Positions 50,806-62,373 of a stretch of 64,000 nucleotides of DNA are shown here, piece by piece. This DNA is from an uncultured delta proteobacterium. Lineage in GTDB: Bacteria; Desulfobacterota; Binatia; UBA9968. The position numbers and the translations under genes were made by a program. Below the pieces are notes generated by a model. The model was not told the DNA's origin. It did no database searches and saw only the letters and a list, made by a program, of their open reading frames with translations. Location: positions 64,001 through 128,000 of the forward strand of contig CAWJZV010000006.1 in the NCBI GenBank assembly GCA_963847445.1, given 5' to 3'. Within the stretch, counting starts at the first letter, position 1, and each line of letters opens with the position of its first letter.

Positions 50806-51264
50806 ATGGGGAGAAAACCAACGAAGGTTGCGACATCTAATAAAGAAAATCGTGAGCGCCAGCCGTTCTGGGTAAAAGCCAATAATGGGCCGCGCATGCA
50901 GCTCGACGAGCGTGCGATGGCGATTTTTCAGCCGGATGTACTGATCGAGAGCCAGTACTTAGCGACTCAGACACGGCGGATGCATTTGGACGCCGAGCGA
51001 GTTTTGATGTTCGCCGTGCTGCGCGACGCGGTGAGCTGTTTTCAGGATAACGTCGGTTCGAATTGCAAGCGTAAGCAAGCGATACATCGTGATGCCGAAG
51101 AGTGGATCCTCGACAAAGACCGCTCCCATTTGTTTGCCTTCGACAATGTTTGTGAAATTCTCGGTCTAGATCCGGAATACATGCGTGCTGGGCTGCTGCG
51201 TTGGAAAAATGCCGCGCTTCAAGGCCGTCCACTCAAAGTGCGTGCTCAGTCGCTCGCCGGCTGA
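50806..51264 (+). CDS. Uncharacterised small protein, paralogue of 60346-60738
   Basis: FQPDVL..SQY; ERVLMFAVLRDAV; EWI; FDNVCEILGLDPEYMR; GGAGG RBS. Confidence 0.8.
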   Translation: MGRKPTKVATSNKENRERQPFWVKANNGPRMQLDERAMAIFQPDVLIESQYLATQTRRMHLDAERVLMFAVLRDAVSCFQDNVGSNCKRKQAIHRDAEEWILDKDRSHLFAFDNVCEILGLDPEYMRAGLLRWKNAALQGRPLKVRAQSLAG

Positions 51265-51354
51265 ACGTCCCATCGACGCGGATCCATGGGAGAAGGTCAA
51301 AGGAACCAATCGTCTCGTGGCCGCGTCTAATGTAAGCGGAGGAAGAAAAAAACT

Positions 51355-52835
51355 ATGTCTCGGTCCTCAGACCAGCAGCCAACTCGTTCTAAAATGACCC
51401 CCTTCGTGGGTGCCTGCGCGATCGCCGTCATGGCGGGTATAGGGGGGTAAGCGTCATTGAGCACTTTCATGGTGGTCGCCAGCCGGCCCATGCCGCAAGC
51501 AGTTCGGTTGCGACGGCGCAGGGTTTACCAGACTTCATCAGCTTGGCTAAGAAACTGGGACCTTCGGTGGTGAACGTGTCGACCAGCAGAATCCGCGGCG
51601 CGGCGCAGGAATCGCAGGACGCACCCTCACCGTTTGGTGGTAATGATCCCGGAGAAGAGTTCTGGCAGCGATTCTTTGGCGGGCGCACACCCCGCGGGCC
51701 ACAGCGGCAAAGCGGTGTCGGTTCGGGCTTCATCGTCGACGGCAACGGCACGATTTTGACCAACTACCATGTCGTCGACGGCGCGCAAAAACTTAGCGTG
51801 ACACTGTCTGACGGCAAGAACTATGACGCGAAAGTCATCGGTAAGGATCAGAAGAGCGACATCGCGGTGATCAAGATCGAAGCTGGTCGCGACTTACCCG
51901 CGGCGGCCCTGGGCGACTCCGACCGGCTCGAAGTCGGCGAGTGGGTCATGGCGATCGGCAATCCGTTCGGCCTCGATCACACGGTTACTTCCGGTATCGT
52001 CAGCGCCAAGGGGCGCAATATCGGCCAAGGACCGTACGACAACTTTATTCAGACCGATGCCTCGATCAATCCGGGTAACTCGGGCGGCCCGTTGCTCAAT
52101 CTGCGCGGCGAAGTCGTGGGCATCAATACCGCGATCTTTAGTCAGTCCGGCGGCAATATCGGCATCGGCTTTGCCATCCCTTCCAACTCGATCAAAGAAC
52201 TGTTGCCGCAGTTACGCGACAAGGGCAAAGTCGTGCGTGGCTTCATTGGTGTTTCGGTGCAAAAGCTCAGCCCTGAAATTGCCGAATCCTTGGGCATCAA
52301 TCCGCCGCGTGGCGCCTTGGTCGCCGACCTGGTGAAAGGCGGACCGGCGGAGAGCGCCGGGGTAAAAACCGGCGATGTCATCATCGAGTTCGACCGCCGG
52401 CCAATCAAAGACTCCGCCGACCTGCCGCAGCAAGTGGCGCGAGTGATGCCGGGCGCAGCGGTGCAAATCAAAGTGATTCGCGATGGCAGGGAAACCGCAC
52501 TGTCGCTGACCATCGGCGAGATGAAGGAAGCCGAAGTCACCGCTGCCGCGCAGGAGGGCGAACTAGGCTTGACCGTCCAACCGCTGACTCCACAACTGGC
52601 AGAAACCCTGGGTTTAGAGCGGGGTACCGGCTTGGTCATCTCGGCAGTGAAGCCGGGGAGCGCCGCGGAAGACGCGGGCTTACGCTCCGGTGACTTGCTC
52701 GTCGAGATCAATCGCCGGCCGGTGAAAAATCTCGCCGACTACAACCGGGAGATCGCCGGCAGTGATAAAGCTAAATCAGTCCTGTTTTTGGTGCGCCGCG
52801 GTCAGAGTAGTTTGTTCCTGGCATTGAAACGCTGA
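51355..52835 (+). CDS. DegP/DegQ serine protease with two PDZ domains (indel in the G-run near 51445)
   Basis: GSGFI, TNYHV, DIAV, TDASINPGNSGG. Confidence 0.93.
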
Positions 52836-52850
52836 CCCAACGGCGGGTGG

Positions 52851-52905
52851 AAACCGCTCAGCTTGCCATGCCTCCCAGCAGCCTCCCGGCAAGTGAGCGG
52901 TTTTT
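52851..52905 (+). terminator. Hairpin plus U-tract after the protease gene
   Basis: AAACCGCTCA-GCTTGCC...GGCAAG-TGAGCGGTTTTT. Confidence 0.55.
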
Positions 52906-53143
52906 AACTTTTCCCTCATAATTCTTGCAACCGTTAAAGCGTCATTCCGCAAGTCCATTTGATCTGGCTCTGGCGCGGCCATCGACCGCCAGCAGCGCCG
53001 TCAAGTCCACGCCCGGTTGTTCTCGGCAGCCCATAAGTATGTGCGCGATGAATATGCCGTTTCGTGGATTGAGCAACCAGCGAGAATCGTCTAATATCCG
53101 CCACTGCGGATAGCCGGATTAAGTTTCAAGCGAGGTCTCCTAA

Positions 53144-54211
53144 ATGGGTCTGCGGTTGGCAACGATCAAACGTTTCAATAGGAATGTCGGATTGCGCAAG
53201 TTACTAATTCAGCCATTGGCGCTGCTCTCGCTGCCTCTCATTATTCTCAGCACCGCGTTCGCCCAGGTTAATCCTTATCTCGCCCGTCCCAGCGAACGGT
53301 CCATGACCATCCGCATCGCGACTTGTGCCGTGTCCGGCGGGTTCGCTCACCTCTATACCGCGCTGGAAAACGGTCTTTTCGACAAATACGGATTCAAAGT
53401 GGAGCATGTTTTTATCCGCGGCAGTGGGCCGGCACTGGCCGCGCTGATGGCCGACGAGATCCAATTTCTCTACTGCGCCGCCGATGCGACGCTGCCATCG
53501 CTGGCGGCCGGCATCGACGTTAAGTTGGTTGCCGCGCCGTTCGTTAAATTGCCCTACGTCTTGGTCACCCGCAAGGAGATCCGCCGCATGGAGGATCTCA
53601 AAGGCAAAGCGCTGGGCGTGGCAAGGGCCGGCGATTTGAGCGACCGGTTGTCGCGTGCCATGGTCAAGCGTTTTAATGTTGCCGACGTTGTCATGCGGCC
53701 TGTCGGCGGCAGTCAAAATGAGCGTTACCAGGCGATGGCGGCGAACCTGGTGCAAGGCGTCGTCATCACCCCGCCCATCGATGTGCGCGCTAAAAATGAC
53801 GGTTACAACGTGCTGTACCGCCTGATCGACTTGGATATTCCGTTTATTTACAGTTCCGTACATGTGACCTCGCGCACCGTGCGCGACCGGCCCGAAATGG
53901 TCCAGCGCATGGTCGCGGCATTTGCCGAAGCGATTCATTATGTCGATAAGAATCCGGTCAAAACTAAATCTGCCATCGCTAAAATCATGCGTACGAAAGA
54001 CGACGAAGCTTTACAGGTGTCGTACAACGTCTATACCAAAGACATTGTCGACCGGCGCATGATCGTGCCGGGGCAAGCTGTGAACGACTCGCTTGAACTC
54101 TATCGTTCGTTGGGCACACCGATTAAACGTAAGGCCGAAGATATTTACGATAATAGCTTCGTCAATCACTTGGAGCAAAGCGGCTTTCAGAGAGAGCTTT
54201 GGGGCCGATAA
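53144..54211 (+). CDS. ABC transporter substrate-binding protein (NMT1/THI5/SsuA-like)
   Basis: Signal peptide; GLFDKYG, DLKGK, DNSFV; paralogue of the next gene. Confidence 0.85.
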   Translation: MGLRLATIKRFNRNVGLRKLLIQPLALLSLPLIILSTAFAQVNPYLARPSERSMTIRIATCAVSGGFAHLYTALENGLFDKYGFKVEHVFIRGSGPALAALMADEIQFLYCAADATLPSLAAGIDVKLVAAPFVKLPYVLVTRKEIRRMEDLKGKALGVARAGDLSDRLSRAMVKRFNVADVVMRPVGGSQNERYQAMAANLVQGVVITPPIDVRAKNDGYNVLYRLIDLDIPFIYSSVHVTSRTVRDRPEMVQRMVAAFAEAIHYVDKNPVKTKSAIAKIMRTKDDEALQVSYNVYTKDIVDRRMIVPGQAVNDSLELYRSLGTPIKRKAEDIYDNSFVNHLEQSGFQRELWGR

Positions 54212-54229
54212 GGCGGTCAGGAGTCAGGG

Positions 54230-55270
54230 ATGAGGAACAAGTCGCAAGTCGAAATTTTCTGTTCCGCCAAGTATCGCTTCCTAGTCTTGGCGGTTACGCT
54301 TTGTTTCTGGTTTGGGCTTGCCCACGCTAATCCTTATATCGCCAAGCCCGGCGAAGCACCGCTTCGTCTACGGATCGCAACCTGTTCGGTCACCGGCGGA
54401 TTCGTGCATCTTTACACCGCGCTGGAAAACAATTTATTCGACAAATACGGCTTCAAGCTCGAACATATCTACATCCGCGGTACCGGACCGTCATTGGCAG
54501 CCCTGATGGCGGATGAGATTCAGTTTCTCTATTGCGCCGCGGAAGCGACGATCCCCGCGCTGGTGAGCGGCATCGACGCCAGGATTGTCGCCGCGCCGTT
54601 GGTGAAGATGCCCTTCGTTCTAGTCACCCAGAAAGAGATACGCCGGCTCGAAGATCTCCGCGGTAAGTCGCTCGGCATCGTGCGTCCCGGCGATCTCAGC
54701 GATCGGCTGTCGCGCCAGTTGGTCAAGCGCTTTAATCTTGCCGATGTCACCATGCGCCCCATCGGTGGCAGTCAATCGGAACGCTACCAAGCGATGACAG
54801 CGAACTTGGTTCAAGGCGTCGTGATCACGCCGCCCCTCGACGTGCGCGCGAAGAACGATGGCTACAATGTTGTTTATCGTTTGATCGACATGGATTTGCC
54901 GTTTGTCTATAGCTCCCTGCATACCAGTTCGCGGATGATTCGCGAGCGCGGCGAGGTGGTGCAACGCATGGTTGCCGCATTTGCCGAGGCGGTGCAGTTT
55001 GCCGAGAAGAACCCGGCGAAATCCAAAGCGGCAATGGCTAAAGTGATGCGAACCAAAGACGAAGAAGCGCTCAACGTTTCCTATGATGTCTACGCCAAAG
55101 AAATCGTCGACCGGCGCATGATGGTGCCAAGCCAAGCGGTTAGCGAGTCGGTCGAACTGCACCGGGCTTCCGGGTTGCCGGTGAAACGAAAGGCGGAAGA
55201 TATTTTCGATAACACTTTCGTCATCAACCTAGAGAAGAGCGGGTTTCAGAAAGAGCTGTGGAGCAGATAA
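54230..55270 (+). CDS. ABC transporter substrate-binding protein (NMT1/THI5/SsuA-like), tandem paralogue
   Basis: Colinear with and highly similar to 53144-54211. Confidence 0.85.
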   Translation: MRNKSQVEIFCSAKYRFLVLAVTLCFWFGLAHANPYIAKPGEAPLRLRIATCSVTGGFVHLYTALENNLFDKYGFKLEHIYIRGTGPSLAALMADEIQFLYCAAEATIPALVSGIDARIVAAPLVKMPFVLVTQKEIRRLEDLRGKSLGIVRPGDLSDRLSRQLVKRFNLADVTMRPIGGSQSERYQAMTANLVQGVVITPPLDVRAKNDGYNVVYRLIDMDLPFVYSSLHTSSRMIRERGEVVQRMVAAFAEAVQFAEKNPAKSKAAMAKVMRTKDEEALNVSYDVYAKEIVDRRMMVPSQAVSESVELHRASGLPVKRKAEDIFDNTFVINLEKSGFQKELWSR

Positions 55271-55290
55271 GATGGTAAGGGGTAAGGAAG

Positions 55291-55905
55291 CGCTTGTCCA
55301 AAGCGGTGATTAGGAAATTCAACATTCCGGAAAACGAAGTCACGATCCGGCCGGTGGGCGGCAGCCAATCGGAACGCTTTCAAGCCATGGCGCATGAACA
55401 TCGTTCAAGGCGATAGTGATCACTCCGCCTCTCGACGTGCGCGCCAAGAACGAAGGGTTCAATGTTCTCTACCGCTTGGTCGATCTCGGCGTGCCGTTTA
55501 TCTACAGCTCGGTGCACGCCAACGGGCGGATGCTGCGCGATCGCCCGGACATGGTGCAGCGGGTGGTGGCGGCGTTTGCCGAAGCGGTCCATTTCGTTGA
55601 AAAAAATCCTGACAAGGCTAAAGCCGCGGTGGCCAAAGTGATGCGCACCAACGACGCCGAAGCATTGCAGTCGTCTTATGATGTTTACGCCAAGGAGATC
55701 GTTGACCGGCGCATGATCATTCCGGAAAAAGCCGTGGCCGATACCATCGAGCAAACCCGTTTGGCCGGCGGCGCCGGTGCGGCGAAAGTCGGATGATCTT
55801 TTCGACAACAGTTTCGCCGCTCACCTAGAAAAAAGCGGATTTCTCAAAGAGCTGTGGGGCGCTGAGTTGGGCGCGCCGGGGCGAGAGTTCGCTCCGGGCT
55901 GCTAG
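55291..55905 (+). pseudogene. Third tandem substrate-binding paralogue, N-terminal half missing, frameshifted
   Basis: Begins abruptly at RLSKAVIRKF...RPVGGSQSERFQAM. Confidence 0.75.
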
Positions 55906-55992
55906 CGATTTACGCTTGCGGCTTGTCTTAAGATATCTGCTTTTGTTACTCCTGCCACTGATTCGCACTTTAATCTCCGAAAGGCACGGGCA

Positions 55993-57436
55993 ATGAAAAC
56001 ACTTATTCAAGGCGGCTGGGTTGTCGGCTTCGACGGCAACGAACACGAAATCATCAAAGACGGCGTGGTCGTTTACGATGGTAATCGCATCGAATTCGTC
56101 GGCAAAGATTATCCACAACCGGTCGACAAACGGATCGACGCAAAAGGCTGCTTGGTTTCGCCTGGATTCATCGACACTCACTTTCACTCCGGCATCAACG
56201 CCAGCGACTACATTCTCGCGGATTCGACCAAGACCGATTTCTTTGCGTCGAATTATCTCGCTCACGGCGGGCCGACCCGCGAGGGCGCGCACTCGGCGCA
56301 TTTGAAAGACGTCGACATCGGCCAGCGGTTTTCGATTATTCACGTTTTGAAAAGCGGCGTGACCACGACCTTCGACATCGGCGGCGCCGGCGGCTGAGCC
56401 GGCGCGCTATGTCGACATGATCGATCAGGTCGGTATTCGCTGCGTCGCCGGTCCGAGCTACAAGAACGTTTCCTTTTTTCACGATAAAGCGGGCCGGCTC
56501 GAATATGATTGGAACGACGAACGCGGCAGCAAAGGACTCCAGACCGCGGTGGACTTCGCCAAAAAGTTCAACGGCGCGTGCAGCGGCCGCATGACGGCGA
56601 TGTTGTTTCCCGGCCATGTCGACTCGTGCACGCCGGCGTTGCTGAAGGAAACCAAAACCGCCGCCAAGGATGCCGGCGTCGGCATTCAGATTCATGCGAC
56701 GATCAATCTGTTCGAGTTCCACACGGTCATGCAGCGCGAACGCTGCACCCCGATCGAGCTATTGAAAAAGCTCGGCTTCCTGGCGCCTGATGTTTCATTG
56801 TCGCACTGCATCTTTGTCAGCGGCCATAGCTGGCTCGCCTATCCCTACGGCGACGATCTTAAAATCATCGCCGACTCGGGCTCGTCGGTAGCCTATAGCC
56901 CGCTTAAATATTTGAAGCTGGGCATTCTCATGGAATCCTTCGACCGCTACCGCCAGGCCGGCATCAACATGGGCATCGGCACGGACACTTTCCCCAAAGA
57001 CATTCTCTCCGACATGCGCTACGCCGGCATCGCCTCGCGCATCGCCGACAAGAGTTTTCTCGCCGGTCAGCCGCGCGATGTCTTCAACTCCATCACCCTC
57101 GGCGGCGCCAAGATGATCGGCCGCGACGACATCGGCCGGCTAGCGAAAGGCGCCAAAGCCGACATCGCCATTGTCAATCTGCGCGACATTGCCTTCGGCG
57201 CCGTGCACGATCCGATCCGTTCGTTGATGGAAACCGCCGTCAGTCGCGATGTGCGCACCGTCATCGTCGACGGCGAAACCCTGGTCGACAACGGCAAGTA
57301 TTTGCGCCTGGACGAACAGGAGTTGCTCGACAAAGTTCAGACCAAGGGCGAACAAGTCTGGGACAGCGTGTCCAAGTGGCACTGGACCGGCAAGACGATC
57401 GACGAAGTCGTGCCGCCGAGTTTTCGCATGAAGTAA
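55993..57436 (+). CDS. Amidohydrolase (chlorohydrolase/SsnA-like; indel near 56400)
   Basis: PGFIDTHFH, SGVTT, QIH, SHC, GTD, GAKADI. Confidence 0.88.
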
Positions 57437-57510
57437 TAGCCTGCGAGAGCGGGCTTATCGGAGCTATCAAATCTGTTGCGCGAATCCCAGGGCGAGGAAT
57501 TCAGCATTTT

Positions 57511-59303
57511 CTAGATCAGTGATTGCAACTTCCTGACTAACACACTGATCTCCTCAAACCCCTTCTGCCAAAACTCGGCTTGGTGTATGTCGACGCCTAA
57601 TGGTTTGAGCAACGCATCGGGCGTGTCCGAGCCGCCGGCTTCGAGTAGCGCGACGTATTTCGGCACAAAGCTTTTGCCTTCGTCCTTGTACATTCGATAC
57701 AGGGCGAGGACCAACAGCTGGCCGAAGACATAGCTGTAGCAATAGAAGCGCGAGTGGATGAAGTGGGGGATGTAGCTCCAGCCCCAGCGGTAGCCGTCGG
57801 GCATGGCGACGGCGTCGCCGTAGTATTTGCCGTTGGCGTCGAGCCAGAGTTGGCCGAGGGCTTCCGGTGTCAGCCGTTTTTCTTGTCTTGCCGAAAAGGC
57901 GAGTTCTTCGAAGCGGGTCAGGACATTTTGCCGAAAAACGGTGGCGAAGATGTCTTCGATCTTGCCGGCCAACAGCGCGATCTGCACTTCTCGATCGCTT
58001 TGCTGATCGAGCAGATAATCGAACACCAGCATTTCGCCGAACACCGAGGCGGTCTCGGCGGTGGTGAGCGGGGTGTCATAGTTGAAATAATTCTGCTTGC
58101 GGCTGAGACAGCCGTGCAGTCCGTGGCCTAACTCATGGGCGACGGTCATAACGTCGCGCAGGTTGTCATCGTAGTTGCACAGGACGTAGGGATGGAGCTG
58201 TGGCGAGGGCGAGGCGCAGAAGGCGCCGCCGCGTTTGCCTTTGCGGATTTCCGCGTCGATCCAATTGTTGGCGAAAAACTCTCCCGCCAAGGTGCGAAAT
58301 TTAGGATCGAAGGCTTCGAAAGCGTCTAGTATAGCCTCCTGTGCTTTTGCGTAGGGAAAGGGCCGGACTTCTTTGCCGACCGGCGCGTACTGGTCGTAGA
58401 GCGCGAGCTGCGGCAATTCGAGCAGCTTCGCTTTCAAGCGAAAGTAGTCATGGGCGAGAGGATAATTTTTTTCCGCTACCTCCATCATGGTTTTTACCGC
58501 GGCGCCGTCGATTTCGTTGGATAAATGGCGCTGGCTCCATCGGGATGTCGGATAGCTGCGCAAGCGGTCCATGGTCAGGTTGTCCTGGATCAAGGTATCG
58601 TAGATGAACGTCAACACCTGGCCATGTTGCGACAGTTCGCGATAGACCGTCTCCATGGCGCGTTGGCGCAGGCTGCGATCCGGTTCATGGAGCAGCGAGA
58701 GGATCTGGCTCAAATTCAACTCTTCGGTCTTGCCATCTTTTTCCAGTTTGAAAACTAGCGACGAGGTGATTTCCGAAAACAGCCGGCCGAAGGCGTTGCG
58801 GCCGGTGTTGTCTTTTTCGTTGATGAGTTTTTCTTCCAGTTCGGACAGCGTGTGCGGGCGGTAGCGACGCAGGCTGGCAAGATAATGCTGATAGGGTTTA
58901 AGCTGCTCGTCGCGCATCAACTTGGCGGCAATGTCGTCTTCGACCTTGAGCCAGGCCAGCTCGAAGAACAGCAGCAGGTTTCTTATTTCTGTACTGCGCT
59001 GTTCGACCCGCTGGTCCAGGTCTTGGTACTCTGGCTTGGCGGTGTCGGCGGCGTAAAGCAGGCCGGCGTAGCTGCCGACCCGGCCGAGGGCTTCGTAGAT
59101 GACTGCCAATTCTTGCAGGGCGTCGACGCAGGGTTTCGGCGCTCAGGCGTTGGCGGATTGTCCAGTGCTGCCCGGTAGCGCTCTGCGAACTCCATCGCCT
59201 GAGCGCGGCAGTCGTTTAGGGTCGTTTCGATTTTCCCGTCGTCATGGGCGGCAAAAAGGTCGCTTAAGTCCCAGCGGATTCCCGCTGCGCTGTTATTCGC
59301 CAT
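57511..59303 (-). CDS. pepF: Oligoendopeptidase F (M3B); indels near the 5' end
   Basis: WDLSDLF, GKRGGAF, AHELGH, AETAS, W..IPHF...FYCYSY. Confidence 0.9.
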
Positions 59304-59437
59304 GATGAAGTCCTTTCGCTTAAACCTGTTTTGCCTATTTCACGGTGAAACCGCCCAGAGTCAAGTTGCGACTTGGCTATTTCAGTGTATATGATGACCG
59401 GAATTTTTCCGCTAACTAGTTTGAAAGGGGTATTTCC

Positions 59438-60148
59438 ATGGCTGAATTAACTGAACTCAAAAAGAAGCTGGCGATGTCGTCGCGCATGCTGTTTAACTCC
59501 GGACTGGTCGATTACAGCGGCCACATCAGCGTGCGCATCCCCGGCTCCGATCATTTGCTGATCTTGCCGCATCCGGTGAGCCGCGCGACCGTGAAACCTG
59601 ACGATATGGTGGTCACCGACTTCGACGGCAAGGTGATCGAAGGCAACTACAAAGCGCCGTCGGAAGTTTTTATGCACGCGCGCGCCTACAAAGCGCGGAG
59701 CGACATCCAGAGCGTGGCCCATCTGCACAATCACATGGTGGCGACGCTGAGCATGGTCGATAAGCCATTTTATCCGGCTTCGTCCAATCCCGGCGCCTTC
59801 TTCGGTCCCGGCGCGTTGCCCAAGTACATGGACCCAGCGCTGATCCATACCATCGAACAGGGCGATGCGGTGGCCAAGGCGCTCGGCAAGGGGGATGCCT
59901 TGATGCTACGCGGCCATGGGTCAATGGTGGTAGCGCAATCGATCGAGTGGGTATTTGCCGCCTGCGTCGATCTCGAGGAAGCGGCGGCGCGCTTCTACAA
60001 GGCCGCGCTGCTGGGGCCGGTGCTGGTTTACAACGAAGATGAAACCCAGCGGGTCATGAAAGGCCGGCGCAAGGACTCGGTGGTGCAGAAGGTTTGGGAT
60101 CACAACGTCGCTAAGACTAAATTAGTCGGACTCATGGACGGCATCTAA
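59438..60148 (+). CDS. Class II aldolase/adducin family protein
   Basis: GHISVR, SEVFMH, HLH, LRGHG. Confidence 0.88.
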   Translation: MAELTELKKKLAMSSRMLFNSGLVDYSGHISVRIPGSDHLLILPHPVSRATVKPDDMVVTDFDGKVIEGNYKAPSEVFMHARAYKARSDIQSVAHLHNHMVATLSMVDKPFYPASSNPGAFFGPGALPKYMDPALIHTIEQGDAVAKALGKGDALMLRGHGSMVVAQSIEWVFAACVDLEEAAARFYKAALLGPVLVYNEDETQRVMKGRRKDSVVQKVWDHNVAKTKLVGLMDGI

Positions 60149-60294
60149 ACGTAGTGACAAATTCGCTTTTTTACCCACCTCGCCGGTCTCGGTCTGGGCT
60201 TCCGCCCAGCTACCGGGGCCGGCAAATCGCCGCCAATCGCGATTCTTCTCGAAACTCCGGTTCTCAATGGCGGACCCGCCAATGGTTTTTTTTC

Positions 60295-60323
60295 TTGCCT
60301 GCCACTGTACGCTGTGTTATAGA
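60295..60323 (+). promoter_or_regulatory. sigma70-like promoter
   Basis: TTGCCT-N17-TATAGA with extended TG. Confidence 0.5.
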
Positions 60324-60345
60324 ATCCGATTCAAATAAATGAGGA

Positions 60346-60738
60346 GTGGGTTGCGAAATGTACGATGATTTTCTTGCGAGGATACTAGAACCGGATATTT
60401 TTCTGCCATCGCAGTTCTACGGCAATGGCGGTTTGTCGCGCAAACTTGAGGGCGAAAAGCGCTTGATGATCGCGATCTTGAAAGACGCGGTGGAGTGCTT
60501 GGAAAAATACCGCGGCTCGCGCAATGATACCGGCAAGATCAGCTATCAAAGCGCCATCGAGTGGGTTGAAGATACCGACACTGATTGGCTCTATTCATTT
60601 ACCAACATCTGCGATTTGTTGGGATTTGACCCCCATTATCTGCGTGAACAGCTACTCAAGCGGGAAAATCGTTATATCAAACCGCTCCGGACGAGAAATT
60701 TGTCTTTAGCGTCGATGAGTGCGAGCGCAGCCCTGTAA
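60346..60738 (+). CDS. Uncharacterised small protein, paralogue of 50806-51264
   Basis: LEPDIFLPSQF; EKRLMIAILKDAV; EWV; FTNICDLLGFDPHYLR. Confidence 0.8.
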   Translation: MGCEMYDDFLARILEPDIFLPSQFYGNGGLSRKLEGEKRLMIAILKDAVECLEKYRGSRNDTGKISYQSAIEWVEDTDTDWLYSFTNICDLLGFDPHYLREQLLKRENRYIKPLRTRNLSLASMSASAAL

Positions 60739-60740
60739 AT

Positions 60741-62156
60741 TTAGCGTTTACGATCTCTTAGGGTTTTAATTTCTTCTTTAATCACCTGTCCGCGCGGCGA
60801 GCTTTCGCCGGCGATCTTGAGCGCTCGTTCGAAGTCGGCGAGCGCTCGCTCGTCTTCATCCTGAAGTAACTGTGACCGGCCCAGATAGTAATAACCATCT
60901 GCGAGCCGGTCGAGCTTGCCGTAGACCTGACCCAAGCGAAATACCGGTTTATCCCACAATGGCGCTAGGTTTTGGGCATTCAGATAAGCTCCGGCAGCGC
61001 TCCGCAAGTCGCCGGTCTTTTCGAGAAACTCCCCGAGATAATAGTAGTTTAGCGGTTCGTTGGGTTCGAGCACGACGGCCCGGTCGAAGGCTTTGCGGGC
61101 CGAGGCAAAATCGCCGGTTTGACTCGACAGCCGGCCGATTTCACGAAGCAAACCGATATGGTCGGGCCGCAGCCGCCATGATTTCTCGTAGTTTTTCTGC
61201 GCTGGTGCGAGCAAGCCCATTTGGAACTGAGCGAAGCCGAGCAAATGAAGCAGCTCAGCGTTATCGGGATCCTTTTGGACCAACTTCTCATACTCAGCGA
61301 CGACCGCTTCGCGATTGGTCCGCTCCATACGGATCAGGATCTGAACTTTCTTTAAGGTTTCGTTGTCTTCCTGCCGCGGACTGGTGGGGCCGAGGGATTT
61401 GACGACCAATTCGGCATTGGCGACCCGTTCCTGAGTGAGTGGATGGCTCAAAATATAAGCTGGAACATCGATCGGGTTGAGGGCGCGCTCCTGATCCATG
61501 GTTTTAAGAAACGCCAGCGTGCCGCGCGGATCGAAGCCGGCGGCGGCAATATAACGGGACCCTAAAGTGTCGGATTCCATTTCCAATTGACGGCTGTAGG
61601 CGGCTTGGCGGGTGGCGGCAACCGCTTGGCCGACGATACCTGCGGCTTGTCCGCCTGAGCCACTGCGCGCCAACATGACGGTGGCGAGCAAGCTCAATAC
61701 CGATATCGCGTCCGGTCCCGATGAGCGTGCCATATGACGACCTTTGATATGGACGATTTCATGGCCGAGCACGCCGGCGATTTCGGCGGTGGACTTCGCC
61801 CGTTCGATGAGACCGGTGAAGAGATAGATCGATCCGCCGGGGACGGCAAAGGCGTTTAGCTGCTGGTCTTCGACGACAAAAAAGCGATAGTCAAAGGACA
61901 GCGGACCGGTGGCGCTGAGAATTCGCCGGGCGATGCGATCGACATAGCGTTCGACTTCCGGCTGATTGAGAAACTTGAAATGCTTTTTGGCCTCTCGGCG
62001 GAACTCGCGGCTGATTCTGACTTCTTCGTCTTCGGCGGGCGGACTGACTGACGGCAGCAGGGGCGCGATGGAGCGGCAGCCCGAGCCGAGCGTGGCGATC
62101 AAAAATAGCGAAACGCAGCATGCAGGCCACCGACGAAGGTGGCGCGGTGTTGTCAT
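60741..62156 (-). CDS. M48 metalloprotease with TPR repeats (BepA-like), probable lipoprotein
   Basis: NAFAVPGG, HEIVH, EMESD, SHP, TPR repeats; LGSGC lipobox; start chosen at MTTPR. Confidence 0.9.
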   Translation of the reverse strand: MTTPRHLRRWPACCVSLFLIATLGSGCRSIAPLLPSVSPPAEDEEVRISREFRREAKKHFKFLNQPEVERYVDRIARRILSATGPLSFDYRFFVVEDQQLNAFAVPGGSIYLFTGLIERAKSTAEIAGVLGHEIVHIKGRHMARSSGPDAISVLSLLATVMLARSGSGGQAAGIVGQAVAATRQAAYSRQLEMESDTLGSRYIAAAGFDPRGTLAFLKTMDQERALNPIDVPAYILSHPLTQERVANAELVVKSLGPTSPRQEDNETLKKVQILIRMERTNREAVVAEYEKLVQKDPDNAELLHLLGFAQFQMGLLAPAQKNYEKSWRLRPDHIGLLREIGRLSSQTGDFASARKAFDRAVVLEPNEPLNYYYLGEFLEKTGDLRSAAGAYLNAQNLAPLWDKPVFRLGQVYGKLDRLADGYYYLGRSQLLQDEDERALADFERALKIAGESSPRGQVIKEEIKTLRDRKR

Positions 62157-62373
62157 CGTCGAAGTATAGAGAGCGGTTTGCGTCGGTTCAAGGTTCAACT
62201 CGGATTGCATAGTCGGAGGTAACCGCGCGGCCAGGGACAAGCTTGCCGCGGTGAAACAGCTGGTCCTCTGTCGCTTCAATAGCGTCGAATCCTATCGTTG
62301 GCGTGGCGGTGGTTGACGACCCCCGTGCAAGCCCCTATTCTCGGGCATCGATAAACCATCCAGAGGAGCCGCG

